From positions 5,067 to 69,066 of the IMG/VR virus record IMGVR_UViG_3300044638_001843: a stretch of 64,000 nucleotides of DNA; one strand, written 5' to 3'. Origin of the DNA: a virus. Positions 38,857-51,900 of the stretch are shown here, one piece after another (the first letter of the stretch is position 1; each line of letters begins with the position of its first letter). The notes under the pieces were generated by a model that was given only the letters and a program-made list of their open reading frames with translations, was not told the DNA's origin and did no database searches. The position numbers and the translations under genes were made by a program.

Positions 38857-41800
38857 ATGGCTATAGATCCTAACATTTTAAAAATTGGCGGTAACCGTGG
38901 TTTGAATTTAAATGTAACTCCAGGCTCTGTTGCAGAACCCGGTAGAACAATTGGAGGTAGATTCCAGGTAGGTGCGCCCCAAACAGCTGTTGGTCCTAGC
39001 GGAGATGAAGCTTTATATGCTAATCTTTCTATTATTGCTGGTGGTGTTGTAGACTCAGCCCAGAATATTGCACAACTTGCCGAGTTTAACAATAATGTTA
39101 GCTGGCAAGATTGGTACGCTGATAGTTGGGAAGGTGATAAAAGCAAAAGAAGAGCAATACTTGATAATACAGAATTAAATTCAGAAGAAAAAAGAAATCA
39201 ATTAATTAAGTTATTAGATGAAGCTCCCAGCAATGGTGCAAATAAAGCAAGAAAAGCACAACTTTATGGTGATTGGTTAGACCAAGATCCAGATTCAACA
39301 GGAATTTTTCAATCAGCCTATACTACCTTTCAACAAGAAACACTAACACTATCACCAGAAGATAGACTTAGACAATTTGAAACTACTTTTGGATACGAAT
39401 TATCTTATGGAAATGAACAAGCTGTTTCTGCCAGACTAGGATATGAAAGAGATGTATTAAATTTTAATAATGAGAATGCCATTACACAGGGTAAGCTAGC
39501 TTTAGAAAGAAATAGCGGATATGTAAATGATGTTTTAGATGCTATGCTTTCAGAAGAACTTGGTGATAACATACCAATGCAAGAACTTAGAAGACAAGCA
39601 GAAGCCGAAGGATCATTACCACAGTTTGAACAAACCCTCGGTCAGGCTCAGTTAATCAGAGAAAATCGAGCATCAGCAGATGTTATTCAAAGTGTTTTAT
39701 TAAGCAATCTTAATATTAACTCAAGCTCTGAAATCTTTTCTCCGTTTGATCAAACAATGTCTAACTTGATTACAGCTAAATCAACTCAATTGTCAAGAGA
39801 GTATGGTTTAAAAATGGCTAAAGCTACTGCGGTTCAGGAGGAAACAAATAAAGCTTATACTAGAATGTCATTTAGCCAGACTCCATTAAATGTAGATCCT
39901 AGTAAAAATGGAGCTGAAATAGCAGCTTTACTTGCAACCATAAATCAACTAGATGGCAAAGATCGCAACGAAGCAATGGCAGCATTAATAAGTTCATTAG
40001 TAACAACCTCAGAAGCAAACAGATTTAATTATAATCAAGCAATAACATTTAGCACTGATTTATTTATTAAGGTTTGGGAAACGGCAACACCATCTCAAAG
40101 AAGAATATTAAGCCAAATGGGTTTTGTTCCCACACCACCAGCAATTTCTCCTGAAGATTTAAAAAAGATATACGATCAACCAAGTTTTGCATCAACCAAT
40201 AGAGATAAGATTGAGCTTGCTGTTACTGGTGTTTTATCTTCTAATGATAGATTTGCAAAGGGTGTTTCCGAACAACTAACTGCTGCTACTGCTCCATTTG
40301 AAACATTGCAAATTGAAGGTCCTCAATCAGCTTATGGTTTAGCTGTTGCTTTAGATGCTACGGTTAAACAACTTGGTATGAGTGGCAATTCTCCAGCATT
40401 TTTAAGACTAGAAGCTTTGCGATCTAGTAATACAAGCAATAGACTACGGGGTGAAAATGGATTGCAAATCTGGACACTTGGTTTAGGATTACCTCCAGAA
40501 GACTATGAACTATTTATTGCAGCTAATACCGATGGTGTTGCTAGAACACCAGAAATGAATGCTGTCATTACTAAGTATGGAAAACTTCCTTCTTTAACAG
40601 AAGAAATGAAAGCTATATCAGACTCTGTATCCAAAGGTGATAAGCTAACTCAAAGTTTAAATAAAAAAATAAATGAAACCATAGATAGTGTTGTAAAAGC
40701 TGTAGCAAAAACGGGAGGACCTACTGTTACTGGTGTGTTTGACAAAAACCATTTTAAAGATTTAACTACAGCAGCCAATAATTTTCCTGAAAGATCGGGA
40801 GTTGTAGATAGGCTTGTACATGATAATCCTGCTTTAGGTTCAATTGCACAAAAAACTGTAGAAGCTGCTAGTAAATTTACTTATGGTAAAACAATAGGTA
40901 ATAATCAGTATAGTTTTGAAATACCTCAAGCAGCTAATGGAATTCCCTTACCAAAACAACTAACTGAAAGACTAAAAGAAATAGCGGATCTGCGGCAAAA
41001 AGAATTAGATGCCTTATTAAAAGAATCTCCAATTGCATACAAAGCTAAACTAAATGATATTAGGGCTGAACTCAATACGTTGGCTGTTCAAGAAATGGTA
41101 TTAATGGAAGCTTCTAACAATCCGTCTATAGTAGGAAACAAACCAGAAGAGTTAGCATCACAGCAAGCTGCATTAAGGCAAGTGGTAGAGACTACATTAA
41201 GAACTCAAGATGAGTATGCTGCTCTATTTAGATCAAGTAACATAAGTCCAAAAGAACCCTTTTTATCGCCTATCATGGGTGATAACGATGTTGCAACAAT
41301 TCAATTAGTTGATGGAGCAGGTAATACAAATACAGAAAACTATTCAAGACTTGTGTATAGAGTAACTAATGGAACGTCTGATAGCAATTCACAGTTTTTA
41401 CCAACATTACAAAAAGCATTTACAGCTTTGGGTTCTAATAATGGTAACGCTCAATTAACAATGGAAACATCAAAACAAGAAATGATGTATTTATTTGCGG
41501 TTGCAGATGGCATTGCAGCAAAAGCTACTATTGAGTCTAAAGGTGATCCTTATGTTATGTTACAAAGAGTACAAACTAGAATTAATCAACTCTTAGTAGG
41601 ATCTGATTTAAGTTCATATAGACCAACTCTTAGAAAACTAGTAGAACTTAAGTTAGCTGACAATCCAGAGTTTGGTAAAACAAATGGTGTTAGGTTTATT
41701 CCTAGTGATCCAAATGATACATTTGCTAGATTAACTGGCACAGCTAAAAAAACTTTAACAGATAAAATGACAGCAGAGCAGAGCAGGCTTGATAGAGTAT

Positions 41801-43215
41801 CTAAGTATTTATTTAAATCTTTAATGCTTCATACGGAAGATAACATAAGAGGTAAGGGAATGGATCTTACCAAGCTACCACAATCAACTTCATGGGGAGG
41901 GTCTGGTACGCAAGATTTTATTACTAATGCTGGTTTGTTAGCTCCATTTAATGTTAGAACACTTATAAACGATGAAGCATCTATTAGTATACGAGATGAT
42001 GGCAATGCTGTCTTGGGATATTGGGAACAATCTGGATGGAAAATTCCAGGTAATTCAGAAACAGAAAAACAAACATCTATTGTAGTAGCATTAGCTAATG
42101 CTTCTGGTATGCCTGTTAATGTTGATAAAGATGGTATTGTATCGTTGTATATGACAACCTATGATGATAGTAGAAATCTAAGTTTAGTAGAATTAACAAA
42201 TGATAACTTTGGATTCATTGTAGAAACCTTAACAGGATCTCTTTCTACTAATAGGGACTTTACTAATTTCTTAGAAGCTCACCGTACCGTTGAACCAAAT
42301 AGCACAAACCTAGTAGAAGTTCTATCAACTTGGCAAGACTATGATTCTTTCTTTGGTAGTAGTAGAGGAAATATCGTAATTCCAAACTATAGAAGTTATG
42401 AGGTTGGTTCTTGGAAGACTTTAAACTGGGGAACAGACCCAGCAATGGTAGCGGAATCAGGTAATATAATTATTCCAGCAGAGCACGAAAAATATAGAAT
42501 GCCTATGCTAGCTGTTCCAGATTCAATTCAAGCTGTTCCTGGTTCTTTTACTGAATCCAATACTATTGAAGAAAATAGAGAGGGTAATCTTCTTTTTGAT
42601 GATGAGCGTTATATTCCAGGCATGCGCGGCAAGGAATCTACCTATGCTACTATCTGGCTATTTGGAGAACGCTCTAAAAATAGATTAAGTGAAGCCGCCT
42701 TTAAAGAAGATTTAACAAAAATTATTACTTCAGCTTTAAGTGGCCGGGAACTTAATCCGTCAACTATAGCTAAAATTAATGATTCCGCTAGTAGACTTGC
42801 TGGTGGTTCAGATGCAAGATCAAAAACAAATGCTATGGTTTTAATGGCTGCTAATGATATTTTAGGTAGTGGGTTTAAAATACTACCAGATGATTTATTT
42901 GCTGTAGGTAATGGCATATTTAGTGATACTGCATCAAACAGAGATACATCAACATTTAAAATTAACTTTGGTAAAGATGCTAAAGTTACACAACTAGTTT
43001 CAACAGAAGATGGAACACCATTTCCAGTTAATTATAGGATTCCCTTTGATCCTAGTATGTTTCCTGTAGAACTAACTGGTTCTTTTGCTAGCCAAATTCA
43101 ATTATCAAATATGCAAAGACAACTTGATTTCATTAGAGAAAACTTTATCCACGACCGCGGCCATCCTAATTATGGCCATCCTTGGATTCACTTTAAGGGA
43201 GACAGTAATAAATGA
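38857..43215 (+). CDS. Large internal virion protein (gp15-like position)
   Basis: GGAGG RBS; 1452 aa, mostly helical; synteny. Confidence 0.65.
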   Translation: MAIDPNILKIGGNRGLNLNVTPGSVAEPGRTIGGRFQVGAPQTAVGPSGDEALYANLSIIAGGVVDSAQNIAQLAEFNNNVSWQDWYADSWEGDKSKRRAILDNTELNSEEKRNQLIKLLDEAPSNGANKARKAQLYGDWLDQDPDSTGIFQSAYTTFQQETLTLSPEDRLRQFETTFGYELSYGNEQAVSARLGYERDVLNFNNENAITQGKLALERNSGYVNDVLDAMLSEELGDNIPMQELRRQAEAEGSLPQFEQTLGQAQLIRENRASADVIQSVLLSNLNINSSSEIFSPFDQTMSNLITAKSTQLSREYGLKMAKATAVQEETNKAYTRMSFSQTPLNVDPSKNGAEIAALLATINQLDGKDRNEAMAALISSLVTTSEANRFNYNQAITFSTDLFIKVWETATPSQRRILSQMGFVPTPPAISPEDLKKIYDQPSFASTNRDKIELAVTGVLSSNDRFAKGVSEQLTAATAPFETLQIEGPQSAYGLAVALDATVKQLGMSGNSPAFLRLEALRSSNTSNRLRGENGLQIWTLGLGLPPEDYELFIAANTDGVARTPEMNAVITKYGKLPSLTEEMKAISDSVSKGDKLTQSLNKKINETIDSVVKAVAKTGGPTVTGVFDKNHFKDLTTAANNFPERSGVVDRLVHDNPALGSIAQKTVEAASKFTYGKTIGNNQYSFEIPQAANGIPLPKQLTERLKEIADLRQKELDALLKESPIAYKAKLNDIRAELNTLAVQEMVLMEASNNPSIVGNKPEELASQQAALRQVVETTLRTQDEYAALFRSSNISPKEPFLSPIMGDNDVATIQLVDGAGNTNTENYSRLVYRVTNGTSDSNSQFLPTLQKAFTALGSNNGNAQLTMETSKQEMMYLFAVADGIAAKATIESKGDPYVMLQRVQTRINQLLVGSDLSSYRPTLRKLVELKLADNPEFGKTNGVRFIPSDPNDTFARLTGTAKKTLTDKMTAEQSRLDRVSKYLFKSLMLHTEDNIRGKGMDLTKLPQSTSWGGSGTQDFITNAGLLAPFNVRTLINDEASISIRDDGNAVLGYWEQSGWKIPGNSETEKQTSIVVALANASGMPVNVDKDGIVSLYMTTYDDSRNLSLVELTNDNFGFIVETLTGSLSTNRDFTNFLEAHRTVEPNSTNLVEVLSTWQDYDSFFGSSRGNIVIPNYRSYEVGSWKTLNWGTDPAMVAESGNIIIPAEHEKYRMPMLAVPDSIQAVPGSFTESNTIEENREGNLLFDDERYIPGMRGKESTYATIWLFGERSKNRLSEAAFKEDLTKIITSALSGRELNPSTIAKINDSASRLAGGSDARSKTNAMVLMAANDILGSGFKILPDDLFAVGNGIFSDTASNRDTSTFKINFGKDAKVTQLVSTEDGTPFPVNYRIPFDPSMFPVELTGSFASQIQLSNMQRQLDFIRENFIHDRGHPNYGHPWIHFKGDSNK

Positions 43216-45968
43216 ACCAGTACAACTTATTAGGTGAGTCCTTTAATCCTAAAGATTTTTCTTCTTTACTTATACCAGTAGTTAAGGATGAAGACAATGA
43301 ATTAGTAAGAGCAGATATGAAAGCATACAACGAATACTCTAATGATATTCAGTTGTACGATTATATTAACTCTTATATAAAAGAGTCTTACATTAAACCA
43401 GTAGATGAAAGTGCAGAAGAAGAAAAGAAGAAGCAAGCAGCTAAAGAGTGGCAATCTTCTTTAGGTAGAGATCCTAGTTCTACAGATCAACTTACAGATG
43501 AAGCTACAGTTAGAAGCAGAGAATTAAATAACATAGGTCCACTTGTATTTAGAGACAACGGTACTGGTAAATTATTATTCGGTCAGCCAGCAAGAGATGA
43601 ACTACAGTGGACGGTATCACAGGGTAGGGATAATGTAGAAGGTATCTTTGGGTTTGAGAACACAGCCCTTGGTCAGGTTGCTTTGCGAATGATGGGTTCT
43701 GAGTTTAATACAGATTCTTTCTATGAAGAATTAAACAAGCTTAACATGTCATTAGATCCAGAAAAAAGAAAGCAAACATTAGAAAGATTAAAGGGAATGG
43801 CAGGGTGGGCTGAGTATGGTGCTCTTGCTAACTGGGTTCAGTTTCTTCCTGGCGTAGATCCAGAGGATCGGTTTAATGCATCGGAAGAAGTATTAAATGT
43901 ATTTGGGTATAAAGGATTTAATGCATTTGGAAGAAACTATTATTCGTCTGATCCATTTGATTTAGCCGCTAACCTTCCATCTAATCCTAACTGGAACTAT
44001 AACAAAGCATGGGAAGCTTTTACTACAACAAACCCAGGCGCAGCAGCCTGGTTTGAAACAAATGGATTTAATGTTCAATCTAGATTAAAGAATACTAGAC
44101 ATGAATTAGATTTCTTTTATGAACTAAATGAATTTATTGATACAAATGCTTTCCAACGTATTATGTCATCAGATGTAGAACAAATGAGTTCTACTGGATA
44201 TGCTTGGAAGACAACAGTATTACCCCTAATTAGAGATTCGTTTGCTTCAGTAGATGCTCCTCTAGATATTGCAGTAACTGTTGGCCTTGGTACTTTAACT
44301 GCTGGTACTAGTACGGCTGCTTTGGTTGGAGCAAGAACAGCATTAATGGCTGGTAAAATTGGATCCACAAGTTTAAAAACATTGAATGCAGTCCAGCGAT
44401 TTAGGAAGGGTGCTGAAATTGTTACTTCTTGGTTACCTCATAATATAGCGGGTAGGTTTGCTAAAAACGCTACATCAATAACTGGTAAAACTGCTAGCTA
44501 TGTCGGAACCAGTGTTGGTAATGGTATTATTACTGGTGCTTGGTATAATATAAATAACCAGTTAAATAATATGGATAATGATGATACATATCGCTGGAGT
44601 ACAGAAAACCTAGCTCACGATATTGCATTAGAAATAGTTGGTGAACTTGGATTGGGTGGTGCAGCCACTATGGCACAGGCTGGTGTCTTTAAGCTAGGTG
44701 GTTTAATAGACAAAGGCACTGGATCTTATATTGGTAAAGCAGCCAAGAAGCAATTTGAAAAGCTTCCAACAGAACTAAAAGAAGTACTAAAAGCTTCTGC
44801 ATCTTTAGGTAGAGTTGGTAACATGGGCGATATGAATAACTATGAATTACAATTATATACTGATTCAGTTGTTATGATGTATGCTATGCGTACTGCTGGT
44901 GTTATTGACCCAAAAAATCCAACCCTAAACTTTAGAACAGCAGCTGCTTGGGGTGTAGCTACTAGTAGACTAAGTGCAGAAAAAGCCAACACCACCTTGA
45001 AAACAGCCAAAGAAGAGTTTGCTAGAAAGAAAAAAGAACTGCAAGATAGTGGGTCTACTGAAGTATTAACAGATGAAGATCAAGATATGTATGTATCTAA
45101 TATGTTATTATCTGCTATGCTTAGTGATTCTAGAGTTAATCCAGATACACAGGAAAGAATCTTTAATCTCTGGAACAGCATTGAACGTGAGCAATTTAAT
45201 CGTGAGTTTAGAAGTACTCCAGAAATTGAAACCAAACAAAAAGAAATATCAGACTTAGAAGATCAAAAACTAGATCTTGTAGAACAACTAGCCAAAAGAT
45301 CAAAAAAGATTTCTCAAGTAGAAAAAGATATTCTTCAAGTAGAAATAGATGATAGGACTGCTAAGATTGCTATTAAAACTTCAGAACTAGAAACATTACA
45401 GAGTTCAGTTAAGACAGTAGAAAACATGTCAGCAGAAGAGTTAGCTACAAAGCTTTACGAATGGCGTAAAGGTAAAAGAGAAAGAGTTAAAACTTTATTG
45501 GGTTTAATCAATCCATCAGCAACTGTAGCTGCAACAACTGAACTACTATCTCCCGAAGAAATGCAACAAGTTGCTACTGACTTAGGTGCTTCAGCTCCAG
45601 AAGTAATACAAGCAATGGCAGAATCTGAAGTAGAGTCCGGCCTTCCCCGTGATCTTGGTGTGGCCACAGCTGGGGCTTTAAGCGTTGCTGCGGCTTCTGT
45701 TAGCCAACCAGCAGCACCAGCAATGGAAGCCGCTCCCGTGGCTGAAGTAGTTCCAGAAGTTGAAGCTGCCCCCGTAACAGAAGCAGCTCCAATAACAGAA
45801 GAAGCTGCTGAAATTGTAACAGCTGAACCTGCTGTAGCACCTTCAACCGAGGTTATAGAAGCTACCCCAGAAGCCGTACTTACTGAGATTATTGGTAGAC
45901 TAAAGAGTATTGATAGAGTATATCTATTCAATAATATATTACAAAAATACAAAGACGTATGTAAATAA
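43212..45968 (+). CDS. Internal virion protein with hydrophobic Gly/Ala segments, coiled coil and EAAP-rich tail
   Basis: 918 aa; IAVTVGLGTLTAGTSTAALVG segment; C-terminal EAAPV-type repeats. Confidence 0.65.
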   Translation: MNQYNLLGESFNPKDFSSLLIPVVKDEDNELVRADMKAYNEYSNDIQLYDYINSYIKESYIKPVDESAEEEKKKQAAKEWQSSLGRDPSSTDQLTDEATVRSRELNNIGPLVFRDNGTGKLLFGQPARDELQWTVSQGRDNVEGIFGFENTALGQVALRMMGSEFNTDSFYEELNKLNMSLDPEKRKQTLERLKGMAGWAEYGALANWVQFLPGVDPEDRFNASEEVLNVFGYKGFNAFGRNYYSSDPFDLAANLPSNPNWNYNKAWEAFTTTNPGAAAWFETNGFNVQSRLKNTRHELDFFYELNEFIDTNAFQRIMSSDVEQMSSTGYAWKTTVLPLIRDSFASVDAPLDIAVTVGLGTLTAGTSTAALVGARTALMAGKIGSTSLKTLNAVQRFRKGAEIVTSWLPHNIAGRFAKNATSITGKTASYVGTSVGNGIITGAWYNINNQLNNMDNDDTYRWSTENLAHDIALEIVGELGLGGAATMAQAGVFKLGGLIDKGTGSYIGKAAKKQFEKLPTELKEVLKASASLGRVGNMGDMNNYELQLYTDSVVMMYAMRTAGVIDPKNPTLNFRTAAAWGVATSRLSAEKANTTLKTAKEEFARKKKELQDSGSTEVLTDEDQDMYVSNMLLSAMLSDSRVNPDTQERIFNLWNSIEREQFNREFRSTPEIETKQKEISDLEDQKLDLVEQLAKRSKKISQVEKDILQVEIDDRTAKIAIKTSELETLQSSVKTVENMSAEELATKLYEWRKGKRERVKTLLGLINPSATVAATTELLSPEEMQQVATDLGASAPEVIQAMAESEVESGLPRDLGVATAGALSVAAASVSQPAAPAMEAAPVAEVVPEVEAAPVTEAAPITEEAAEIVTAEPAVAPSTEVIEATPEAVLTEIIGRLKSIDRVYLFNNILQKYKDVCK

Positions 45969-45979
45969 GGAGAATACAA

Positions 45980-48900
45980 ATGGGCAAATGCAGCGAAGAG
46001 GTTTTAAACAAGATACGAGAAGAACTAAAGTCAAGTGGTGCAGAACCTGAAACAATTAATACTGTTGTTTCTTTATTTGAAAAGTCTGTTGAAACCGATG
46101 CATCTGCCGACTTGGTATCAAAAACCCTCACTAATTCTTTATTTACAACTTCAGATATTGAGAAGCTTAATAAACTAATTTCAAAGTTTAGAAGAGCTAA
46201 GGGTGATATAACTAAAGTTACTAATGACGATCTGTCTGAATTTACTTTCTTATGGTCTAAGTGGCAAGCTTACATGGAAGGTAAAGTACTTATTGCCGAG
46301 GGATTCAAAACAAAGGAAACTCTAGAACTAAAGAAAAAACTAAGAAAGCTAGAAAGTAAGTTCCTTAGTGAAGGTAAAATTAAAGAAGCAAGAACACTTA
46401 ATAGATTAATTAGAAAAATAGAAGCAACCGAAAAGCAGAATAGAAATGCTGGTAGATTTATTAGGAACATAGAGTTTGAAGGTAGACTAGAAAAAACTAA
46501 AGCTTTACTTAATGCTGTTAATGCGTCTTATGAATTTGAGGCTTCAAACAATGAGACAATTAAAAAACTAAACAATACTAGATTTGCTTTAGTTGGTGAG
46601 CTTCAAAGAGAAACAGACCCAGAAAAGAAAAAAGAAATTCAAAAAAAGATTGATGAGAATGTCAAAGAAACTACCACAAAAACAAATGAAATCTTATTAA
46701 GTAAGGCATTTAGAAAGCAACAGAAAGCAGACTCAACTGGTCAAATATCTCTATATGAAGCAGTTAAAGAACTTAGTTCTGAGATTGATAAGAACTCATC
46801 TACATACCGCCTTGCTCTAAATGAACTGATTGATTCTCGTAATACCCTAGAACATGATAAGCAATTGTTTGAATTAGCCAAACAGGGTATTCAGGTGCTT
46901 AATACAAGTAAGGCTTTGTTGGATGCTATTAGAAAAGAAAAGGGCGGCAAAGTTACTGTAGCAGAACTAAAAGCAGTAATCGGAGATTTGGGTGTTTCCA
47001 TTGATCAATTAATTATTGATACCCACAATAAAGTTAATCCAAAAGAAAAAGCAAAGTCTTTAAAGGGAAGTACTGAACTAGATAACAATACACTATCTTC
47101 TATCTTTAATACATTAGCTAATCTAGCAATAGATCAGGCTTTTTCAAATGGCATTGCTTTAGGTTTTGAGTTTTCACCAGAAGATCAAATGTTAGCAGAT
47201 AATCTAAAAGCAGCTAGTAATAACATGGATATTGAAAACGAAGACCAGGTAAATAACGATACTGTTATGCCAAAGGCTAGAACAGCCAGCAAAGCTAAGG
47301 AAGAAACCCTTAGTACTAGAGAACAAAAAATTAAAGAGTTTAAAGAAGGCACTGACTTTAAGAAGCTTTATGTAATGTTAAAGCAAGCCTTAGAGCGTGT
47401 AGAAACACTGAGAAAACTACCACAGTTCTCAGAGCATATATCAAGAGATATGGTTTTAGCAGCCCTAGGACCACAGTTACACCTACTAAATCCAGACATT
47501 TATTTTAGTAGTGCTGTTGTAACTGCAACATCTGTAGCACGACTAACAGCTCCGGCTCTATCTAGCTTGCCTGTACCGCCAGCATTAGAAAAAGCTTTTG
47601 CTAATTTAGGTATGGATCCAAGAGCAATTAAGGGTTTACCTGAAGTAGCAAACCCAGATGAATACGCAAGAAACTGGGATAGAGTTATTTCATTTGATAT
47701 TGAAACAAAGGGTGATGAGATCTTTATGATTTCTATTAGACACTCAGCAACAGAAGAAAGACTTGATCCTTCTATTGAACAGCTTGTTTCAAATCCAGCC
47801 AAAGGTTCTATTGGTAACTTTACTGCTTATTCAAAAGAAGATCTACTGCGATTCTTACGATCTTTAGAATTAATGCAAAATATGGGATGGAAGGTTGCTG
47901 GATTTAATAATGTTGGATTTGATTTAGCTTCTATAGCTAAATCTATTGGTACAGAAGAAGCATCAAATCTAGCCGCTCGGGTTGCTTTAAGATCATATGA
48001 TATGTACGCTTGGATTAAGATGCAATATGGAGCTACTGTTAATTTAGACAACCTTGCAACAGCAACACTTGGTCGAGGAAAGATTAAAGGCGTAACTGGC
48101 ACAAGTGTAGTAGATCTTTTACTTGCAGCAAAAACAGAAGAAGAAACTTCAAAGGCACTAGAGTATTCTAGAAACGACTCTGATTTAGTATTTGAGATTA
48201 TTGAAAACCTAAGATCAAACCCATCACGAAACCTTACTGTTAATGTAAACAATGTAGATAAGAGTACTGTAAATTTAAGTTTAAGTAATCCACTTCAAAC
48301 ATGGCAACTAGCTATTTTTCACAGTAATACAAATAGTAACTTTAATGGATTCTTTTTAGAATACAATGCAGCAGGAGTACAACCAGCAATAAATAACTTT
48401 GTTGGTGAATCTAGTAATGCTGAAAGAACATCTAGACTGCTATTTAATACAGAAGCAGTTAGAGATCAGTTGCTATTGCATATGTCTTTATCTTTAAGAG
48501 CAGATCCAGATACAGCTGTAGTTGGAGAAACTTTAATTAAAGAAGCCGAAAGACTTACTAAAAAAGAACAAGAAGTTCTTGTTACTCAGATGAAGTTAAT
48601 GAGAACACATAGGCAAGCTGGTATTGAAGCAAAGAAAGCTTTACTTGGTTCTGATGGAGAACCAAAGTTTATTCTTTCAATCATTGAAGGTGAACCAAAA
48701 TATATTGAAGCAACTACCAGTACAACAGCTGAGTCTCAGTATGAAGCAGCAGTAATTGAAGCATTTAATCAGTTTTACTTAGATATGGCAGGGGATAGAG
48801 TACCAGCCGATCAGATAGTTTCTCGGATGAATGAAAAGATTGTTGAGTATGGATTTAGAGAAAAGACTGGATCAGAAACCCAAGCAGACTACATTAAAGC

Positions 48901-51900
48901 TTTTATTAACGAAGTAATCTTGCCATCAGTTAAAGCAAAAGCTATAACAGACTTTGGTAATGGTAATACTGATTATGCTCCTGCTTGGAATGTTGGATAT
49001 GCTATAGCTCAGATTGCAATGGGTAGACGAGATGGTATTATGGATTCTAGATTTATTGAAGAGCAAGCATTTGTTACTCCACTATCTACAATGAATGACC
49101 TGGAAAACAATGCAAAGAATCTATCTGAGTCTATAAAAGTTAGACAACCACATAGAAAAAATGTATCTATGTTTGCCCCAATATCCCTTAAGCAATATGA
49201 AGAAGTATACAATGACTGGGCTTTACGGCAAAGAATAAACCATATTCTAAACGGTGATAGATACAAAGGATTGTCAGAAGAAGAACTACGAAAGAAACTA
49301 GCCGACATTCGTGGGGCTGAGTATATGCGTAGAGTTTCTGTATTAGCTAAGTCAACAACAATAATTCCCGATATTACCCCCACGGTAAATAACAGACAGT
49401 TATTTAATGAGCTTCCAACAATTGAAGATACACTAGATAGAACTCTAGAAACCTTACTAGACTTACCAGCAATTGGTGTTGCTGTAGTACATGACTCTGT
49501 ATTTTTAAGAACAAAAGTAGTTGTAGATAATGATGGTAAGAGTTTAAAATTCTCCAGACTAGAAGCATCACCTGGTGCTTGGTCTGCACGATCAATTATC
49601 AACGGTCAGCTTGTAGCCCAGTTAGGTTGGTATCAAACATATGGTATTACTGATGGTGCTATTAAAACATCGCTTGAAGAAACAGCTAAGGGTATTCAAG
49701 CTGGTAAACTGCAATTAAAGAATATAGATTATTTTGACTTTGACTTTAATGGTGTTCACCACATGTTAATGTTAATGTTGGCTTATAATATTCCAAACGA
49801 CGTAGGTACTAGAGGTGTAGCAAACCTTATAAAAAATCTAAATCTTTCTGAATGGTGGTCAACTGTAGATGCCAACAAGGATGACTTTTATACTCAAGTA
49901 TCTCTTCAAGTCCAGAAGAATATTGCAGAGCAGTATGTTAAACTATCTGAAAGAAAACAAACAGCACCGCTAACTAAAGATGAACAAGCTAAGTTTGATT
50001 CATTAGAAAAGTGGAATGCTATTTTAAACAGCATGGACGAAACAGGATCCAAGAGAACTTTTAGAGATTTCTTTAAGGCTGCTGTATTACCTCGTTTGTA
50101 TCAGGGCGGTATTCCTAGTATTTCACAAGCTCTATTTGAAAAAACTCAAGATCCAGAGTTTAAAGAAACATTCCCATCTATTGTTATTAACAATGCTGAT
50201 ATTGGTTTTTTGTTAAAGGATGCTGAGTTTAGCGGCGTTATTGGATTAATTAAGTTAATAGACGAAACAATAAATATTTCTGTCGATGGTAGAACTAAAC
50301 TAAAACAACAACTAGATGAGTGGAACCAAAAACTTTTCTACAAAGATGGTGTACAAAGACATCATGCAGTTCTTAAGGAAATGGGAAAGTCAACCGATTT
50401 TGGTCGCGGTATCATTGATGATACAACACTAACTAATCTTATCAATCTTCGTATTGATGCGGCTGCAAGAATGTTGGTAAAACCTAGTGATATTATGCAG
50501 TTTGGATCTTTAGAGTCAGCTATTAATAATAAGAAACAACGTCTAGCTAAACTGTGGGCTGACCGAATTAACGCGGGTCGAGAGTATGTAAGAACTAAGG
50601 GTGGTACTCTTACAACCCGTGGAGAATATATTAAGCTAGCTGAGATTATGGGTAGAGATCCCCAAGCTTGGAAAGACTTACCGTTACTGGCTGCTATAAA
50701 CACTGCTAATAGAACACCACTTAAGATTAGAGAAGAAGCTATTAGAGAAGCCACAGAAGAGTTTGGTGTTAATGTAAATGACTATCTTGGTAATTCTGGT
50801 AACTATCTTTTCTTCCAGAGTTTAGCCAGAGACTTGGCTGGTGGTCGTATGTACACAACACCATCCGGTATTTCATACCAGGGTCCTTCTTATTCTCAAG
50901 TCGCTACTCCAGCTCCTTTTGATCCAGCCGATGTAGACACTACAGCTTTATGGGAAATTGACGAGTTTTCTTTTGCTAGACTAGCAAGAGAAAATCCAGA
51001 AGAAGCCCGTAGATACATTACTCAATTAGTCCTACAGCAATATGAATTACGGTTGGCTACTGAGTATATGGCTAATGACTATAACGATAAAACTCTAGAG
51101 ACACCCGAAAGATTCCTAGAAGATTGGTCGCGCATTAGTAAAAAGGAAAGAGAATTCTATGCCAGACGGCGTAGTATAGAAACCCTAAGAACAGCTCAGG
51201 CAGAGGCTCAGATTGAATCCGTTGTTACACCCGGTGGTGCAAGACCTAACGCCAAGAACTGGATTAAAGAAGCTCGTAAGCGCGGCTTGCTATTAGAGCA
51301 GGGATTAAGATATCTTGCTTCTCCATCCCGAGTTATTGGGGATACCAGTAAAGCATTTGAAGAGTCTAATCAAAAAATGGGTATATTTGCATTTAGACCC
51401 AAGACTGCCGATATTGATATTACAGATCTACCTATTTACGCTTTAGCAGAATTAGCTATTGAACGCCGTATTGATAAAGAAAATGAAAACTGGGTAAGAG
51501 CAAGTAAGAAGAATAAAGCACCAAGTTCTGTAACAGATATTATTCCAGAACAGGCTATAGGGTACACTCATACAGTAAACCCAGAATCTTTACCATATGT
51601 TCCAAGAGAACTTATGTCACTGGGTTTACTTACTAATCTAACAGATGTATCAACTAAACTTGCCGTTGAGCAAGCTAGAATTCAAAGCAGACTTTATAGG
51701 TTTGCAAAGCAAAATGGATTAATGCATCTCTTACCGCGCGGTAGAGAAAACTGGGCTGCTGTTCATTTCATTAGAATGGCTCATGTCCGAGGTGGTTACC
51801 CACTACTAAGAAAACTTGGTAAGGTTTATAATGCAGATGAAAATACTTTAGTATCTGAATATAACTTAGGTGTATCAAAGTTCTTAACATCCATGTTTGA

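Noticed and set aside
45700-45880. EAAP-type repeats as a DNA tandem repeat element
   Set aside because: Low-complexity protein linker; repeats are degenerate at DNA level.
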